64,000 nt of DNA from Podospora anserina. Taxonomy: Eukaryota. The stretch covers positions 4,650,001-4,714,000 of the forward strand of contig CM030336.1 in assembly GCA_017654855.1 (NCBI GenBank), given 5' to 3'. The notes below the pieces were generated by a model that made no database searches, had not been told where the DNA came from, and saw only the letters and a program-made list of their open reading frames with translations. Made by a program: the position numbers and the translations under genes. Below are positions 60,806 through 64,000 of this stretch, in pieces (the first letter of the stretch is position 1; each line of letters begins with the position of its first letter).

Positions 60806-61917
60806 TCAAGTCAGTTTCTTCTTCCTCTCCTCCTCCCTCAACACCATCTCCATCTTCTTCAACCCAATCAAGCGATACAGCACAAAGTCCAAAATCCACT
60901 CCCCGAAGAATGTACTGGCCCAAACACCCTTGCTCCAACCCCCAGCCCAGAACCAATCGGCTCTGCCAAACCAAGACCGCAAGATCAACGGCCACTCAGG
61001 TTTAAGCGCATTGGCCACCAGCTTCTTGGCATAGTCCTCCGTCCTGACCGTGGCATTGTTCTGGCTGAACGTCAACCTCTTCTCAAAGATCTCCTTCACC
61101 CTCTGATAGATGCTCCCCTCAGGCAGCGTGCGATGGGTCTTGCTGGCAATCTGGCTCCTCACAGTACCAGTCATGCCAACGGTAACCCTCACCCCGAAAG
61201 GCTTGAGCTCCAACCGCAGAGTGCGCGAGTAAGACACAACCGCACCCTTGGAGGCGCAGTAGACAGAGCCAAAGACGTAGGGGGTGATGGCAGCCAGAGA
61301 AGCAATGTTGATGATCAAGCCCTTGGCGTTGATAAGCAAGTCGGAAAAGGCAGCGCACATGGCCATGACACCGAAAACGTTGGTCTCAAAGGTCTCGCGG
61401 ACGTCGTCAATGTCGATGTCGGTGGCAGGGTGTGTGTGGGTGCGGCCGGCGTTGTTGACAAGGATGTCGAGCTTGCCGCCGGTGAGGGCCGAGACTTGGG
61501 AGTGGCAGGTCTTGATGCTGTCCGACTTGGTGACGTCGAGGGCGAGGGTGGACATGCCCATGGCGCCGAGGTCAGCCAGAACCGCCGGGTTGCGGGCCGT
61601 GGCAATGACATGCACACCTAGATTGATTTGTTAGCAAAACTGTCCCGAGAATCTGAATTCCCCATAACATCGGGTTCACTGACCCTTGGAGTGGAATTCC
61701 AGGCACAGCGCATGGCCGATGCCTCCAGGGGTGCATCTTGACGTTGGGGTCCAATGTCAGCAAATGAGCTTTCACGGGCTTCCCGCTGTGGTTGGTACTC
61801 GGGCCTGTTGGTCCTGTTGGTCCTGTTGGGGCCCGCAGACCAGCAGCAGACGCAATGAAGGGTCAGGGAAACGTACCCGGTGATGAGCACCGTCTTTTGT
61901 CCAGGCTGTGGTCCCAT
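60806..61917 (-). CDS. AYR1: NADPH-dependent 1-acyl-dihydroxyacetone-phosphate reductase (short-chain dehydrogenase)
   Basis: KTVLITGCTPGGIG after splicing introns 61737-61876 and 61618-61683. Also VIATAR, LVNNAG, FETNVFG, YCASK and LRLELKPFGV. Confidence 0.88.
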
Positions 61918-62689
61918 TTTCGTATGCTTGTGATGGGTGTCAATGGGAGTTGCGGGTTGAGCAGATGTTGTTCACGATCTTCTCGAACCCCGCCATCGAC
62001 CGGAATTGGGTTTGACTTGGTCACCGAGGTGAGAGTGACCCCACTTTCACATACCGGGGCGCTCGCGACACAGGGTTAGGGTCGGGCAGCAATATCGGAT
62101 GGCAAGAACAGGCAGCTAACATTTGACAAGAAGAAACGTCGTTTTTACGGGTGTTCTAGAAGCTGAATCTTCTCAAATCAGGTACCTAACGATTGTTATC
62201 CCATCCGGCTTAGAAACAAGAAGAAGATGATTCGCTGTCAACCCCACAATATGGAAAGCTGGCGCGTATGTCCGAAGGTCACAGGCGGTTTTCGTTGCAG
62301 GGCCTTATCGATAGGCTAGTGCTGTGGCGGGATCTAAAAAACTCGCTGCGGGATTGCGGGTCGATAGAAGCCCTGCATTTATGGTTTCTAGCTAAGACTA
62401 TAAAAGTCAAAGATCTCCACAACTTACTCACATCCGATTCGCCTGTCCAAACGCATCTCTCGTCGAAGAGGAAAGGTCTATCTTATCAAATCACGTATAT
62501 GGTGTTCAAAGTGCTCAATTCTGGTATTGTGTGTGGGAAGAGGCCCACCCCCCAGGGTGGCCCGGAGGGACCCGGTAATATACCCTCTGCTAAGGCCCCT
62601 ATTTTCACATCTATTTATTCTAACACACCCCCCAGCCACCACCTTGCCAAAGGTATGGGTGCCTACTTTTGAAGCCCTGATTTTTCCAC

Positions 62690-64000
62690 ACACTCCCGTA
62701 ATCCCGTAATAATCCCGTAATAATATAGTATAATAGGATACTCTTTAGCATCGCTTTCCTACTCTTTAGCTATTACTTCCGCTCCATTACCGGCCCGGTA
62801 TATACTTAAACCCGCTCCCTAAGCTCTCTGGTATTCTGGCTTACTAGCTTTTTAGCTCCATTATAGGCCTATTTCGAAAAGCTCTTTCTTCCTTGCCGGG
62901 CTCTTTAGCTTCCTTAGCTTTATAGTAAATGGCCTTTTTCACTATATACCTCCGCTTTATTAAGCTTATTCCTTACCGGGTACTCTAGATCCTTAGCTTT
63001 TATTAGCTTATGGGTTTTGATAGTAGGTAGGTTAGTTAGCTAGTAGGTTTATTATATAATAGTGGTGTTAATTACTTAAAGGTATAGTTAATTGCTTAAT
63101 TGAGTAGTATGGTTAATTTAGTAGTTATTTAAGTAGGGTAGTATAGTTGCCTACTTATAAAGGTAAGTTTTAGTTATTAAGTAAATACTATAGTTACTGG
63201 CTTGCCTAAGTAATGTGGTTACCGGCTCGGTTAAGTAATAATGACTGCCCGGTTTACCTAACGGGCTTATTAACTAAGTGCCTAGGAAGGTTTTAAATTA
63301 GTTAAATAACTTAGTACCTAAGTAGGTCTTTAATAAGGTACCTAAATAGGATTTTTACGGTTTACTTAATAGCTTTATTAAATAGTATAGTTACCGGCCT
63401 ACTTAAATAGTAGTAACTTATTACAACCCTAGTATAGGACGGTTGTGGGGCCACGGGAATAAGGGGCCAATCGGGAAAACGTATAGGGGAGCTAATTACA
63501 GTAAAGGAAAAGTGATCAGTGTAATTAGGGCACTAAGTAGACTAAGCAAAGTAATCAGTATAATCAAGGCACTGAGCGGACTGAGTAGAGTAATTAGTGT
63601 AATCAGGGCATTAAGCAGACTAAGTAGAGGTGATCAGTAGCCTTAGGAGACTAATTACGGCTTAGTATAAGGACTATATATACGGAGGAACTGGCTAGTA
63701 TAGATAGATAGTTCCGTAGTATATAATTTAAGCTTATATTTATAGTATTTTATATTTACATCGAAATATTTTATTATATACTATTTAGCTATACCGAACT
63801 AATTATTAGAAATTACTTTTAACCTATATCCCTTTTAAAGGTTTTATATAAGAGGTTCGTTATTGTTAGCTGGTAAGCCCTAATAGGCCTATAATATAGA
63901 ACCTATACTAGGTTGCTGTAAAATACAGCAGTGCGCAAGCGGAAGCGGAAGAATACGACGGCAGTGCCGAAGGAAGGTAAAGCACTGTAATATAGTGAGG
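62690..64000. mobile_element. RIP-degraded repeat/retroelement block running off the window
   Basis: AT/TpA-rich and ORF-poor. Possible LTR-like segment 63444-63760 (TG...CA) and a possible second LTR start near 63917. Confidence 0.75.
63509..63625 (+). repeat. 39-bp tandem repeat x3 with RIP-type differences
   Basis: Unit AAAGTGATCAGTGTAATTAGGGCACTAAGTAGACTAAGC. The copies differ only by C/T and G/A transitions. Confidence 0.85.

Noticed and set aside
63509..63640. CRISPR-like array or a real 65-aa repeat protein
   Set aside because: Head-to-tail repeats without spacers in RIP-mutated eukaryotic DNA. The ORF is incidental.
1..64000. Starship or Spok meiotic-drive element
   Set aside because: No DUF3435 tyrosine recombinase, no recognisable Spok kinase-nuclease gene and no interrupted 5S target site were seen in the window.

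Overview
This is eukaryotic DNA from a filamentous ascomycete. The evidence is short GT-AG introns with CTRAC branch sites, dispersed 5S rRNA genes and TpA-rich blocks typical of repeat-induced point mutation (RIP). The style suggests Sordariales, possibly Podospora-like, but that is inference. It looks like an accessory region with RIP-degraded retroelement remnants at ~13.9-14.6 kb and 62.7-64 kb, and AYR1 is the only clear housekeeping gene. Left part: a run of orphan minus-strand genes sharing SILK-like plus RVxF-like motifs, and a zf-3CxxC gene. Middle part: three 5S rRNA genes of two isotypes, an active AAA+ ATPase head-to-head with a degenerate STAND/NACHT-like gene, a degenerate G-alpha, a secreted Cys-rich protein, an AsaB/CmcJ-like gene split by a 359-bp hAT-type MITE (22-bp TIRs, 8-bp TSD), two paralogues of an uncharacterised membrane-anchored family, a lectin-like membrane protein and a PTH11-like pseudogene. 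Right part: an 8x CBM18 protein head-to-head with a ~1976-aa CBM18-GH18 chitinase-subtilisin-Cys-rich fusion, an intronless protein with MACPF/CDC-like motifs, a PEX11-like gene with two in-frame TGA codons, and a 7-exon gene that encodes an HNH-type nuclease only once spliced. Gene models were built by hand and family calls come from motif recognition. No database searches were run.
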